From NCBI GenBank assembly GCA_964540315.1, contig CAZIMY010000001.1, positions 1-55,501 of the forward strand: a DNA stretch of 55,501 nucleotides, in the 5' to 3' direction. Positions 17,642 to 27,922 of the stretch are shown piece by piece. This stretch comes from an uncultured Wenzhouxiangella sp. Its GTDB lineage: Bacteria; Pseudomonadota; Gammaproteobacteria; Xanthomonadales; Wenzhouxiangellaceae. The stretch's first letter is position 1. Each line of letters opens with the position of its first letter. A model generated the notes under the pieces. That model had not been told where the DNA came from and ran no database searches. It saw only the letters and a list, made by a program, of their open reading frames with translations. The translations under genes and the position numbers were made by a program.

Positions 17642-19327
17642 ATGACTGACAAACCGTGGCTGTCGGAATATCCGGAAGGTGTGCCGTCCGAGATCGACTT
17701 GGGAGAGTTCTCGTCGGTCGTCGACGTGATTGATACAAGTTGCGAGAAATTTCGGGACAAAGTGGCATACGTCAACTTCGGAAAAGAGTTGACCTATCGA
17801 CAGATCGACGAATACAGTCGCGCGTTTGCAGCCAGGATGCAGTCTCTGGGTCTGGAACCCGGCGATCGCATCGCCATCATGATGCCCAACGTCTTGCAGT
17901 ACCCCGTCGCTGTCTTTGGAGCGCTGCGGGCGGGCCTGGTGGTCGTAAACACCAACCCTCTCTACACTGCCCGTGAGCTGAAGCACCAGCTGCGGGATTC
18001 GGGCGCGAAAGCCATCGTCATCATGGAGAACTTCGCCAAGGTTCTCGAGGCCGTGATCGAAGAGACCGACGTCGAGCACGTCATGATCACCTCGGTCGGC
18101 GAAATGATCGGCTTCCCCAAAGGGACGATCATGGATTTTGTCCTGCGCAAGATCAAGAAAATGATCCCGGACTACAACTTGCCGAATGCAGTCCGACTGG
18201 GCACCGTCTTGTCTGAAGGCGCGCGCGCGACCTTTACGCCAGTGAGCCTGACGCATGACGATCTGGCTTTCCTGCAATATACCGGCGGGACGACGGGGGT
18301 TTCCAAAGGCGCGATGCTGACCCATGGGAACATGGTTGCCAACATGCAGCAGTCTTCGGCGTGGCTGGGCAACAACATCAGCGAAGGCGAGGAAATCATC
18401 ATCACCGCTCTTCCGCTGTATCACATCTTTGCCCTGACCGCGAACTGCTTTGTGTTTCTGAAGTTTGGCGGTCGCAACGTTTTCATTACCAATCCGCGCG
18501 ATATGGCCGGCTTCGTCAAAGAGCTGGGCAAGGAGAAATTCACAGCGATCACCGGGGTCAACACCCTGTTCAATGGCCTGCTCCATACACCGGGATTTGA
18601 TCAGCTGGACTTTTCTCATCTGCGACTGACGCTGGGCGGGGGCATGGCCGTCCAGCGCGCAGTTGCCGACAAGTGGAAGCAGACTACCGGCGTCACCCTG
18701 GTAGAGGCCTATGGACTGACCGAGACCTCGCCGGCGGCCTGCATCAACCCGATGAACCTGGCGGACTACAACGGCGCAATTGGTCTGCCGATTTCATCGA
18801 CCGATTGTCGGGTTATCGACGCCGAGGACAATCCGGTTGGCGTGGATGAGGCCGGAGAATTGTGCATCAAGGGGCCGCAGGTGATGAAGGGCTATTGGAA
18901 CCGCCCCGAAGAAACGTCCAAAGTCCTTGGTGAGGATGGCTGGCTCAAAACCGGCGACATGGCGCGCATGGACGACAAGGGCTATTTTTACATCGTCGAC
19001 CGCAAGAAAGACATGATTTTGGTCTCGGGCTTTAACGTCTACCCCAACGAAGTTGAGGACATTATCGCGACGCACCCCAAGGTGCTTGAGGTCGGCGCTA
19101 TCGGTGCCGCAGATGACAAGTCCGGCGAAGTCGTCAAGGCGGTCGTTGTCCGAAAGGACGACAGCCTGACGGTCAAGGAATTACGCGACTACTGCCGTAC
19201 TGAATTAACCGGCTACAAGGTCCCGAAATACGTCGAGTTTGTCGACGAACTCCCGAAGACCAACGTCGGCAAGATTCTTCGACGAGAGCTTCGCGACCAA
19301 TTCGGCGCACCGAAGAGCTCCGACTAA
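17642..19327 (+). CDS. fadD: Long-chain-fatty-acid--CoA ligase
   Basis: PWLSEYPEGVP, QYTGGTTGVSKGAMLTH, YGLTETSP, GWLKTGD, DRKKDMILVSGFNVYP, PKTNVGKILRR; ATG 17642. Confidence 0.95.
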   Translation: MTDKPWLSEYPEGVPSEIDLGEFSSVVDVIDTSCEKFRDKVAYVNFGKELTYRQIDEYSRAFAARMQSLGLEPGDRIAIMMPNVLQYPVAVFGALRAGLVVVNTNPLYTARELKHQLRDSGAKAIVIMENFAKVLEAVIEETDVEHVMITSVGEMIGFPKGTIMDFVLRKIKKMIPDYNLPNAVRLGTVLSEGARATFTPVSLTHDDLAFLQYTGGTTGVSKGAMLTHGNMVANMQQSSAWLGNNISEGEEIIITALPLYHIFALTANCFVFLKFGGRNVFITNPRDMAGFVKELGKEKFTAITGVNTLFNGLLHTPGFDQLDFSHLRLTLGGGMAVQRAVADKWKQTTGVTLVEAYGLTETSPAACINPMNLADYNGAIGLPISSTDCRVIDAEDNPVGVDEAGELCIKGPQVMKGYWNRPEETSKVLGEDGWLKTGDMARMDDKGYFYIVDRKKDMILVSGFNVYPNEVEDIIATHPKVLEVGAIGAADDKSGEVVKAVVVRKDDSLTVKELRDYCRTELTGYKVPKYVEFVDELPKTNVGKILRRELRDQFGAPKSSD

Positions 19328-20385
19328 TCGGGCTCGGCGTCCAAGCCATCGGGGTCTGCTGTGAGCCCCGATACGCCGACGCCAATCAACCTGACCGAAA
19401 ACGCTCTGCGCCAGCCACTCCAGTCTTCGAGCAAGCGCCATGCGGCGCTTGCGATCACTTCCGGGTCGGCGGTGTGGTCAGAAAAGGAGTGGCTCCGGGT
19501 GATCGTCGAAAACCCGGTTGATCTCAATTTAAGTGAGACCGTTCGAGCCTGAAGACTGCGCCTGTCCAGCCGTAACGCCACCTCCTTTGACTGTTTTTCG
19601 ATCAGTGGCCGCAGTGTTTGCAGGTCATGTATGTCCTCGCTGAACGTGTTTTCCTGGCTGATCGACCGCCGCACCCTGTCAGGATTGACGGGACGGTCGT
19701 CGATTCCAGCTGCCCGGGCAGCCAGCGTGACGCCGTGCGAGCCGAACAGTCGCACCAGAACGTCCGGCGCCGTGTGGCGCAGCTGCCCGACCGTAAGAAT
19801 CCCCGCATCGTTCAGACGTTGCTCGCTACTGCGACCGACACCGGGCAGGCGCCGGACTGGCAGGGGGTCCAGAAAGGACTGCACCTGTGTCGAAGCAATC
19901 AAGACAAAGCCATCGGGCTTGTCGTCATCCGAAGCGAGTTTTGCGAGCAGTTTGTTGGATGCCATACCGACCGACGCCGTCAGCCCGGTATCTCGGGCAA
20001 TCTCCAGCTTGAGCCGGCGCCCCAAAGCCAGAAATTCCGATGCGTCATTGGTCAGATCGCTGACATCGAGATAAGCCTCATCAAGACTCAGGCCTTCAAC
20101 CTTTTCCGTAATGGCATGAAAAATTGAAAAAATCCGTGCCGAGACCTCCCGATAGCGGTTGAATCTTGCCGGAAGAAACACACCGTGCGGGCACAGTCGC
20201 CGGGCTTTTGCGGCAGGCATTGCGGAACGAACACCGAACTGGCGCGCCTCATAGCTGGCAGCGGCGACAACGCCGCGCGCGGAGCGCCCGCCCACCATCA
20301 CTGGTCGAGCATGTAACTCAGGGTTGTCGAGCTGCTCAACGCTTGCGTAGAAGGCATCCATGTCGACATGGATTACCCGTGCCAT
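19324..20385 (-). CDS. dinB: DNA polymerase IV (Y family)
   Basis: HVDMDAFYASVE, AASYEAR.FGVRSAM, SLDEAYLD, KLLAKLASD..KPDG. Confidence 0.95.
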   Translation of the reverse strand: MARVIHVDMDAFYASVEQLDNPELHARPVMVGGRSARGVVAAASYEARQFGVRSAMPAAKARRLCPHGVFLPARFNRYREVSARIFSIFHAITEKVEGLSLDEAYLDVSDLTNDASEFLALGRRLKLEIARDTGLTASVGMASNKLLAKLASDDDKPDGFVLIASTQVQSFLDPLPVRRLPGVGRSSEQRLNDAGILTVGQLRHTAPDVLVRLFGSHGVTLAARAAGIDDRPVNPDRVRRSISQENTFSEDIHDLQTLRPLIEKQSKEVALRLDRRSLQARTVSLKLRSTGFSTITRSHSFSDHTADPEVIASAAWRLLEDWSGWRRAFSVRLIGVGVSGLTADPDGLDAEPD

Positions 20386-20396
20386 GGTGCCCGGAC

Positions 20397-20735
20397 TCAG
20401 ATGGTTCGGGTGGGTTTTTCGCTGTCCAGCATCCCTGCCAGCTGAGAAACAATGGCGGTTTGAGCATTTTTGGCCTCGTGGCCGTCGCCGAAGTGGATTC
20501 CGACGCCGCTATTGATGCCGCGTTGGCTGCCTGGAGGGGTAATCCACGCTACCTTGCCCGGAATTGCCATCCTCTCTTCGCCCATCAGACTCAGGAGGAT
20601 CAATACATCATCCCCGAGATGAAAGTTCTTCCGCGTTGGAACAAACAGACCGCCGTTGATCAAAAACGGCATGTAGGCCGCATAGAGTTCCTGTTTGTTC
20701 TCGATGTTATAAGACAAGATACCTTTTTGTGACAT
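20397..20735 (-). CDS. pilZ: Type IV pilus assembly protein PilZ (holB-linked type)
   Basis: LYAAYMPFLINGGLFVPT, GKVAWITP, C-terminal PTRTI; follows holB. Confidence 0.9.
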   Translation of the reverse strand: MSQKGILSYNIENKQELYAAYMPFLINGGLFVPTRKNFHLGDDVLILLSLMGEERMAIPGKVAWITPPGSQRGINSGVGIHFGDGHEAKNAQTAIVSQLAGMLDSEKPTRTI

Positions 20736-20739
20736 CGTT

Positions 20740-21681
20740 TCAGCTCGATTTGCCCACCGTCGACGTCCATTCTAGCAGCCATTTTCCCAGCAACAAATCT
20801 GCGCGGATATTGGTATTGGCCATCGCCCGACCCTCCAGGGCCTGCTGCCAGAGAACCGCCAGCCCTGCAGGGTGGCTGGAAATCGTGCCGCTCTTACCGA
20901 GCAGGATGCCGTCCATGAAGCTCCGACACCAAAACGCAAGCCAGTGCCAGGTCTGAGGGGCCCGGCTCGCCCACTCTTCGATCCGGCCGGGAGCGGGTAA
21001 CTGACCCGCGGCGGCTTCCAGCAGAACCGTGCGAATTTCGCGCCCCAGAGCCAGCCCGTCTTCGGACAATAAATCCAGCGCTTTGAGCGGCGCGCCGCCC
21101 GACACGGCCAACGCAAGATCAATATCGGCCGACTGCGCTTCGGGGAGGTAGTCGGCAAGCCACTCACGCGCGGTCTCCGACGTTGGCGGGCGGATAATGA
21201 CCTTCTGACAGCGGCTCAGTACGGTTGCCGGCAGTCTGTCTGGATCGTCGCTCACCAATATCAGCCAAGCCCTGGACGACGGTTCCTCAAGCGTCTTGAG
21301 CAAGGCATTGGCAGCATTGGTGTTCATCTGGTCTGCCTGGTTGATTAATCCAACCCGGTGAGGACCGATCGAAGGCGTCAGCTGGAGGCCCTGGGCCAGT
21401 GCTCTGATCACATCGACGGTCAGCTGGGTCTTGTCTTCGGGTATCGAGGCGACAAACAGGTCGGGATGTGACTTGCTCCCCAGCAATTGGCAGGCGCGAC
21501 AGCTGCCGCAGGGTTCGCCATCATTGGGCCGCAGACAAAGCACTCGGGCGACCAGCCAGCTGGCCAGATCCCGTTTTCCAAGACCAACGGGGCCAAGAAT
21601 CATGGGTGCATGGCCCAATCTCTCGGTGTCTAGTCGGTCACTGAAGGACTTTTTGATCGTATCCAGCCAGGGCATCATCAT
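20740..21681 (-). CDS. holB: DNA polymerase III subunit delta'
   Basis: GPVGLGK, CGSCRAC, HPD, AANALLKTLEEP, LPATVLSRC; follows tmk. Confidence 0.93.
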   Translation of the reverse strand: MMMPWLDTIKKSFSDRLDTERLGHAPMILGPVGLGKRDLASWLVARVLCLRPNDGEPCGSCRACQLLGSKSHPDLFVASIPEDKTQLTVDVIRALAQGLQLTPSIGPHRVGLINQADQMNTNAANALLKTLEEPSSRAWLILVSDDPDRLPATVLSRCQKVIIRPPTSETAREWLADYLPEAQSADIDLALAVSGGAPLKALDLLSEDGLALGREIRTVLLEAAAGQLPAPGRIEEWASRAPQTWHWLAFWCRSFMDGILLGKSGTISSHPAGLAVLWQQALEGRAMANTNIRADLLLGKWLLEWTSTVGKSS

Positions 21682-22301
21682 TTCAGACGCGCCTCCAGCG
21701 CCCGGCTGACTGAGGCGCGCACCTGTTCCAATGGACCCGAAGCGTCGATCACGACGATGCGCGCTGGTTCCATTCGAGCTCTGGCCAGGTAGGCCGAACG
21801 GGCCCGCTCAAGAAAATCCGTTTTCGATTGCTCAAAGCGGTCCACTTTTGCCCCGCGCCCACGAACGCGCGCCATGCCTAGCTCCACAGGCACATCCATC
21901 AGCAGGGTCAGATCGGGCGTCAGGTCAGGATGCACAACAGCAGCCAGTCGATCGACCACCTGCATGCCCAGCTGCCGCCCACCGCCCTGATAAGCGCGAC
22001 TGGCGTCTGTAAATCGATCGCACAGGACATCCTTGCCCGCTGCGAGCGCAGGACGAATCACGCGGGACAGGTTCTCGGCGCGGGCGGCAAACATCAGCAA
22101 AAGTTCGGTCATGGGCTCCAGATCACCGGTTTCCGGGTCCAGCAACATTTGCCGAACTTTTTCCGCCGCCGCAGTGCCGCCGGGTTCACGCGTCCGGATG
22201 ACCGTTCTGCCGCGTTGCTCAAGCCACTCGGTGATCTGATCGGCGGCCGTGGTCTTTCCGGCCCCCTCGCCGCCTTCCAAAGTGATGAAACGACCGGGCA
22301 T
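21678..22301 (-). CDS. tmk: Thymidylate kinase
   Basis: FITLEGGEGAGKTT, TREPGG, LCDRFTDAS.AYQG. Confidence 0.96.
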   Translation of the reverse strand: MPGRFITLEGGEGAGKTTAADQITEWLEQRGRTVIRTREPGGTAAAEKVRQMLLDPETGDLEPMTELLLMFAARAENLSRVIRPALAAGKDVLCDRFTDASRAYQGGGRQLGMQVVDRLAAVVHPDLTPDLTLLMDVPVELGMARVRGRGAKVDRFEQSKTDFLERARSAYLARARMEPARIVVIDASGPLEQVRASVSRALEARLK

Positions 22302-22304
22302 TCT

Positions 22305-23303
22305 CTATCGCCCCCGAATGTAGCGGTTAACGGCCGCATTGTGCTCTGCCAGCGTGTCCGAAAACTGATGCGTGCCGTCCCCGCGCGAGACAAAGTAAAG
22401 CGCCGTGCCGGGCACAGGGCGTGCAGCAGCCCGCAGGCTTTCCAGACCGGGCAGCGCGATCGGCGTGGGCGGCAGACCGTGACGCGTGTAGGTATTCCAC
22501 GGATGATCAGTTCTCAGGTGAACCCGGCGCAATCGACCTTCAAACTCCGGGCCAAGGCCGTAAATCACGGTTGGATCCGTCTGCAGTCGCATGCCGAGGT
22601 CAAGGCGTCGGGCGAAGACCCCGGCAACCCGGCCGCGCTCACCGTCTGCACCCGTCTCCCGCTCAATGATGGAAGCGAGAACAAGCAGTTCTTCCGGCGA
22701 GGACAGGGGTGCGGATTCATCGCGGTCACTCCATGTATTGGCCAGTGCATCGCGCATCGCCTTGTGGGCTCGCTGCAGAATGTCCAGATCGCTACTGCCA
22801 CGCTCGAAGAAATAGGTCTCGGGCAGGAACCAGCCCTCGGCAAAGCAGCCCTCGCAGCCCAGTGTGGCCATCAAATCAGGCTCGCTGACGCCAGCCGCCT
22901 CGGAGATCAGCCTGGGATCGTCGGCCAGTTCTGCACGCAATCGGGCCGCCGTCCACCCTTCCACGATGGTCAGGCGATGCTGGCGAATCTCTCCTTGGGC
23001 CAACTGATCCAACAGAGCGGAGAGCGTCGTCCCACTGTCAATGAAATACTCGCCTGCCTTGATTTGAGGGTTTTCAAGGCGACCCAACATACGCCATTCC
23101 CAGCGCGCTTTTGCCAGGCCCAGACGCTGCAGTTTCTGCACCAGGTCTCCGAAGTGGCTGCCCGGTGCAAGCCACAGAACCATGTCTCCGTCGGGATTGA
23201 CGGCGGAGGCCTGAAAGGTCTGCCAGTCTCGCCATGACTGTCCCGCCAGCAGGCCTGAGAAACACAAAGACAAGACCAATAAAAGCTTTATAATCAGCTT
23301 CAT
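22305..23303 (-). CDS. mltG: Endolytic transglycosylase MltG
   Basis: TIVEG, EGWFLPETY, LASIIERET, LQTDPTVIYG, NTY..GLPPTPI, LYFV. Confidence 0.95.
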   Translation of the reverse strand: MKLIIKLLLVLSLCFSGLLAGQSWRDWQTFQASAVNPDGDMVLWLAPGSHFGDLVQKLQRLGLAKARWEWRMLGRLENPQIKAGEYFIDSGTTLSALLDQLAQGEIRQHRLTIVEGWTAARLRAELADDPRLISEAAGVSEPDLMATLGCEGCFAEGWFLPETYFFERGSSDLDILQRAHKAMRDALANTWSDRDESAPLSSPEELLVLASIIERETGADGERGRVAGVFARRLDLGMRLQTDPTVIYGLGPEFEGRLRRVHLRTDHPWNTYTRHGLPPTPIALPGLESLRAAARPVPGTALYFVSRGDGTHQFSDTLAEHNAAVNRYIRGR

Positions 23304-24109
23304 AGCACTATTTGTTCATGCCAAATCGATTGCAGTTCCTTTGCAACCGGACCCGCTGGATAGGGCTGATTTTCAATGGATACAACAGGTCGAATACCTG
23401 CCACGGAGTTTATCACCAGCACTTCGCTCAACAACTGAAGCTGCTCGGCTTTTATGCTGCCCTGTTCCAGACGGGTCGCCAATCTTTCCTGTAGCCAGGA
23501 GAGGCCAACGCCCGCAACGTCCACATTTGCCGGCGTTAGCAGGCGCTCCCCGATAACCAACACCAGGTTGCTGCTGAGTGTTTCGGCAAACTGTCCGCTT
23601 TCGTCGAGCAATATGGCTTCGTCGGCAGTTCGCTGGCGGCATTCCCTGGCGGCTTGGGTCTGCAACAGGCGGTTCCCGTGCTTCAGCCCGGCAAAGGGCC
23701 CGCCTGAAGAGATCTGAAAGCGGCTGATAATGGTCTTCAACCCTAGCCTGCACTGCCGGTCAAAACTCTCCGGCCAGGGCCTGAGCTGCACAATCCTTCG
23801 ACAACTCGGCTCGGTTGGCGGCCAATAACCCTGCCCGCCGCTGCCGCCCGTCACGGTAATGCGCACAATCAACCGGTGTTTATTGTCGCGGGGTATCAGC
23901 CGGGCGCAATCCGATGCCAAAGCGGCGACTTCCGGCATTGGCAGATCAAGCTGAGTGGTCGCCTTTTCCAGCCGACGCATATGTCGATCCCATAGCGGCG
24001 CGCTTGTTCCATAAAAGGCAATCGTTTCGAAAACGCTTTCACCGAACAGCATGGCGCGATCATTAGCCGGAACACTGTCCTGAAACCGGCCGTCAACAAG
24101 CGTGTTCAA
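23300..24109 (-). CDS. pabC: Aminodeoxychorismate lyase (aminotransferase class IV)
   Basis: DRAMLFGESVFETI, GLKHGNRL (PLP lysine), E..SSN, VAGVG, INSVAGI; TTG start at 24109 overlaps the pabB stop. Confidence 0.85.
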   Translation of the reverse strand: MNTLVDGRFQDSVPANDRAMLFGESVFETIAFYGTSAPLWDRHMRRLEKATTQLDLPMPEVAALASDCARLIPRDNKHRLIVRITVTGGSGGQGYWPPTEPSCRRIVQLRPWPESFDRQCRLGLKTIISRFQISSGGPFAGLKHGNRLLQTQAARECRQRTADEAILLDESGQFAETLSSNLVLVIGERLLTPANVDVAGVGLSWLQERLATRLEQGSIKAEQLQLLSEVLVINSVAGIRPVVSIENQPYPAGPVAKELQSIWHEQIVL

Positions 24110-25449
24110 TTGACCCCCAGAGCCCGCAACAAACCCCGGGCCTTGGCTTTTGTCTCTGCCAACTCTGCCTTGGGACCGGAGTCGGCGACAATACCGGCAC
24201 CCGTGCGGAACCGGATTTCGCGACCGGAGACGCACATTGAGCGGATCAGTATGTTTAAGTCCATAGACCCATCGTGGCCGATATATCCCATTGAACCGGT
24301 ATAAAAGCCTCGTCCCACTTTTTCAAGCTCGGCGATGATTTCCATGCAGCGGACTTTCGGGCAACCTGTGATGGTGCCACCGGGGAACACGGCGGCAATG
24401 ACATCGACCGCATCGCGGTCAGGCCGAAGTTGTCCTCGCACGTTGGACACAATGTGATGAACATGGGTATAGCTCTCGATCGCCATGAGCTCATTCACCT
24501 CAACTGAGCCGCTGACGCAAACGCGGCCAAGGTCGTTGCGTTCAAGGTCAATCAGCATGATGTGTTCAGCGCGTTCCTTAGGGTGCGCCAGCAGCTCGGT
24601 GGAAAGGTCGTTATCCTGCGCGCTGTTATCCCCTCTCGGGCGCGTGCCGGCGATCGGCCGTGTTTGCACCTGATCGTCGCGAACCTCGACAAGCCGCTCT
24701 GGAGAAGAGCTGATCACTGTGCCCCCGGGCAGCCTGGCGAGGCCTGCAAACGGCGCCGGGTTGGCAGCGGCCAAGGCCCGATAGAGGTCTACGGCATCCA
24801 GGTCTGCCTCTGCCCAAACCCGCCAGCCGCGCGAGAGATTGACCTGAAAAACGTCACCTGAAAGAATCCATTCGCGAATCCGCTCCACGCCGCTGATGAA
24901 TCGGTCGGGACTGTCGGCTTGAATAGTCAGGAGAGGCAGGCTCGACAAAGGCTGCTCAGGGCCTTGCCGAAGCTCGGCCAGCTCAGCGGTGGTTTTCTCC
25001 AGCCATTCACTGGACTCGGCAACCAACCAGCACTGGTGTTTCAAGTGATCGAACACAAGCGCGGCCGGACAGCGGGCTGCGAATGCGACGGGCAGTCCTT
25101 GCCCATCATCGGGCAAGCCCAGACTCTGCTCGATCTGACCGGCGAGTTCATAGCCAAGGTAAACAAACCAGCCGCCACAAAACGGGAGACTCGAAACTGT
25201 CCCTGTGCCTGAATAGGCCTTGGACTCGATCAGAGCCAATCGCAGCCCGGCCAGAAAATCATCGGACGAGCCATCAACAGCGTGCGAAAGCAGCTTCTTG
25301 CCCGCCTGTCGGAACAGTATCGACCAGCGAGCGAGAGAGGGCGCCCCGGCCTCGCTAGCGAGAAGATAGGGCCAAGCTTCGGGTGCGTTTCGGTGAACCG
25401 AAAGCAGGTCAGGTGATTGAGGGATTAAGCGAGCGGATGGCCCACTCAT
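24106..25449 (-). CDS. pabB: Aminodeoxychorismate synthase component I (TrpE/PabB family)
   Basis: PFCGGWFVYLGYE, GDVFQVNLS, SSSPERL, RPIAGT, KERAEHIMLIDLERNDL, FPGGTITGCPK; adjacent to pabC; start ATG 25449. Confidence 0.88.
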   Translation of the reverse strand: MSGPSARLIPQSPDLLSVHRNAPEAWPYLLASEAGAPSLARWSILFRQAGKKLLSHAVDGSSDDFLAGLRLALIESKAYSGTGTVSSLPFCGGWFVYLGYELAGQIEQSLGLPDDGQGLPVAFAARCPAALVFDHLKHQCWLVAESSEWLEKTTAELAELRQGPEQPLSSLPLLTIQADSPDRFISGVERIREWILSGDVFQVNLSRGWRVWAEADLDAVDLYRALAAANPAPFAGLARLPGGTVISSSPERLVEVRDDQVQTRPIAGTRPRGDNSAQDNDLSTELLAHPKERAEHIMLIDLERNDLGRVCVSGSVEVNELMAIESYTHVHHIVSNVRGQLRPDRDAVDVIAAVFPGGTITGCPKVRCMEIIAELEKVGRGFYTGSMGYIGHDGSMDLNILIRSMCVSGREIRFRTGAGIVADSGPKAELAETKAKARGLLRALGVN

Positions 25450-25474
25450 GGACGTTGGAAACCAGCCAAGCGGT

Positions 25475-26731
25475 TCAGTTGCCCTCGGAGAATCGTCGCA
25501 ACAGCAGGCTCCCGTTGGTGCCTCCAAAGCCAAAGGAATTGCTCAGGGCATATTCCAGTTTGCTCTCGCGGGCTGATCCAGGCACAAGGTCAATCCCTGC
25601 GCATTCGGGATCGGGATTGTCCAGGTTGATCGTTGGCGGCACGATCTGTTCATGCAAGGCGAGCAACGTGAATATCGCTTCGACCCCGCCGGCCGCTCCC
25701 AGCAGGTGGCCTGTCATTGACTTGGTGGAACTCATCATGAGGCGCCCGGCGTGATCGCCAAACAGCTGCTTGACCGCATCGCACTCGGCTCGATCTCCGA
25801 CCAACGTAGACGTGCCATGGGCATTGATATAGTCAACCTCGTCGGGATTGATCTTGCCGTCAGCCAAAGCAGCGGCCATGCAGCGCGACGCACCTTCCCC
25901 GCCTTCCGGAGGCGAAGTAATGTGATACGCATCGCCGCTCATGCCAAACCCGACGAGCTCCCCGTAAATGCGGGCTCCTCGTTTGCGAGCGTGTTCCAGC
26001 TCTTCGAGCACGACCACGCCTGCACCATTGCTCAGCACGAAACCGTCCCGTTCCTTATCCCATGGCCGACTTGCAGCCTCAGGGTCGTCATTTCGGGTTG
26101 ACAAGGCCCGCGCCGCGGTAAATCCGCCGTAGGCAGTCGGAGTCGTGCCGTATTCCGCACCCCCGGCAATCATCAGGTCGGCGTCGCCATAGGCAATCAT
26201 CCGGGCGGCTTCCCCGATGTTGTGTGTGGCCGTCGTGCAGGCCGTCACGATACTGACGTTCGGACCTTTGAAACCGTAGCGGATCGAAATCTGGCCTGAG
26301 ATCATGTTGATGATGCAACCCGGCACAAAAAAAGGCGAGATCTTGCGGGGACCGCCGCCTCTGAAGGTTTCATAGGTTTTTTCGATGGTAGAGATGCCAC
26401 CGATACCCGAGCCAATCGCAACTCCATATCGGTCGGCCTGATCTGGCTCGGGCTCCAGTCCAGCGTCCTCAATGGCCTGAATGGCTGCTGCCATGCCATA
26501 GTGGATGAACGGATCGGATTTGCGCGCCTCTTTCGGGCTCAGGTAACGATCGACATCGAAATCACGGATTTCGCCGGCAATCCGAGCAGCGAACCGCTCG
26601 GCATCAAAGACGGTCAAAGGCCCGATCCCGCTCCGGCCAGCCTTGACAGCTGACCAAGTGGTGTCGATGTCGTTTCCGACCGGTGTTACACACCCCAAGC
26701 CGGTCGCTACGATGCGACGGTCACCACGCAT
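25475..26731 (-). CDS. fabF: 3-oxoacyl-ACP synthase II
   Basis: TACTT catalytic Cys, [29 protein letters not shown]. Confidence 0.96.
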   Translation of the reverse strand: MRGDRRIVATGLGCVTPVGNDIDTTWSAVKAGRSGIGPLTVFDAERFAARIAGEIRDFDVDRYLSPKEARKSDPFIHYGMAAAIQAIEDAGLEPEPDQADRYGVAIGSGIGGISTIEKTYETFRGGGPRKISPFFVPGCIINMISGQISIRYGFKGPNVSIVTACTTATHNIGEAARMIAYGDADLMIAGGAEYGTTPTAYGGFTAARALSTRNDDPEAASRPWDKERDGFVLSNGAGVVVLEELEHARKRGARIYGELVGFGMSGDAYHITSPPEGGEGASRCMAAALADGKINPDEVDYINAHGTSTLVGDRAECDAVKQLFGDHAGRLMMSSTKSMTGHLLGAAGGVEAIFTLLALHEQIVPPTINLDNPDPECAGIDLVPGSARESKLEYALSNSFGFGGTNGSLLLRRFSEGN

Positions 26732-26792
26732 GCGAGAACCTCGGGCGAGCCTGGTGTTTGATGAAAAACATCAAGAGTGGCGGTGCAGCAGC

Positions 26793-27032
26793 CTATTGAT
26801 CTACGTTGTTGGTGATGTAGTCGATCGCTTGCTGAACGCTGGTGATCTTTTCGGCTTCTTCGTCGGGGATTTCGCACTCAAACTCTTCTTCCAGCGCCAT
26901 CACCAGCTCAACCGTGTCGAGCGAGTCCGCTCCCAGATCGTCCACAAACGAGGCGCTTGGGGTCACTTCCTCTTCCTTGACACCAAGTTGTTCGATAACG
27001 ATTTTCTTGACCCGATCTTCAATACTGCTCAT
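26793..27032 (-). CDS. acpP: Acyl carrier protein
   Basis: [20 protein letters not shown]. Confidence 0.98.
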   Translation of the reverse strand: MSSIEDRVKKIVIEQLGVKEEEVTPSASFVDDLGADSLDTVELVMALEEEFECEIPDEEAEKITSVQQAIDYITNNVDQ

Positions 27033-27184
27033 GTTGATAGTCCTCTAAAGTCATTCAACTACAACCCTGACCAACGCCATCGACGCCTGTCAGTGTCACT
27101 TCAACAGGATCCCGTGCTTTTCAAAAGGCACCTTTATGATCCTTCGTTACTGCTTAATTCTGGTCCGATCCGCTTTCGAACGGC

Positions 27185-27922
27185 TCAGGTCATGTACATG
27201 CCGCCGTTGACGTGGATGGTCTGACCGGTGATGTACCGACTGTCTGGTCCGGCCAGAAACGACACGCACCCGGCAATATCGTCCGGGCGGCCCAAATAAC
27301 CGAGAGGGATTGTACCTTGAAGGCGATCCCGCTGTTCCTCGCTAAGCGCGCGCGTCATGTCGGTGTCGATAAATCCGGGGGCAATGATATTCACTGTAAT
27401 CTCCCGGCTTCCCACCTCATGGGCCAGCGCGCGGGAGAAACCGGCCAGCCCGGCCTTGGCTGCGGCGTAATTGGTCTGGCCAGGGTTGCCGGCATAGCCG
27501 ACCACCGAAGAGATACTGATCACTCTGCCGGTTCTTGCCTTAAGCATGCCACGCAGGCACGCGCGGGTCATGCGCATTGCGCCCGTCAGATTGGCGTCAA
27601 TGACCGAGTCCCAATCCGAATCCTTGAGGCGCATCAGCAATTGATCACGGGTAATCGCAGCATTGTTGACCAGCACCGTGACGGCGCCGGCTTTTGCAGT
27701 GACGGTGGCAAGCGTTTGATCGATTGACTCGGGGTTGGTGACATCCAGAACAAGCCCGCGACCGTCGCCCAAGCGGGATGCGATCGAATCCGCACCCGCC
27801 TGGCTGGTTGCGGTTCCGAATACAACGGCTCCGTCCAGCTTCAGCCGGGCGGCAACGGCTTGACCGATGCCCCGGCTGGCGCCCGTCACCAGCGCTACAG
27901 GCACCTGTGCACTATCGGTCAT
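27185..27922 (-). CDS. fabG: 3-oxoacyl-ACP reductase
   Basis: TGASRGIG, NNAAITRD, NYAAAK, PGFIDTDMT. Confidence 0.96.
   Translation of the reverse strand: MTDSAQVPVALVTGASRGIGQAVAARLKLDGAVVFGTATSQAGADSIASRLGDGRGLVLDVTNPESIDQTLATVTAKAGAVTVLVNNAAITRDQLLMRLKDSDWDSVIDANLTGAMRMTRACLRGMLKARTGRVISISSVVGYAGNPGQTNYAAAKAGLAGFSRALAHEVGSREITVNIIAPGFIDTDMTRALSEEQRDRLQGTIPLGYLGRPDDIAGCVSFLAGPDSRYITGQTIHVNGGMYMT

Noticed and set aside
17612-18619. 335-aa minus-strand ORF, and likewise 53058-54128, 49479-50318, 38697-39449, 33472-34200 and 28138-28863
   Set aside because: Each lies antisense to, or inside, a well-conserved gene (fadD, purB, sdhA, bamB, fadJ, fabD) and lacks protein-like motifs
21930-23237. 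435-aa plus-strand ORF
   Set aside because: Antisense to mltG/tmk with no recognisable motif; long shadow ORFs are expected at this GC content
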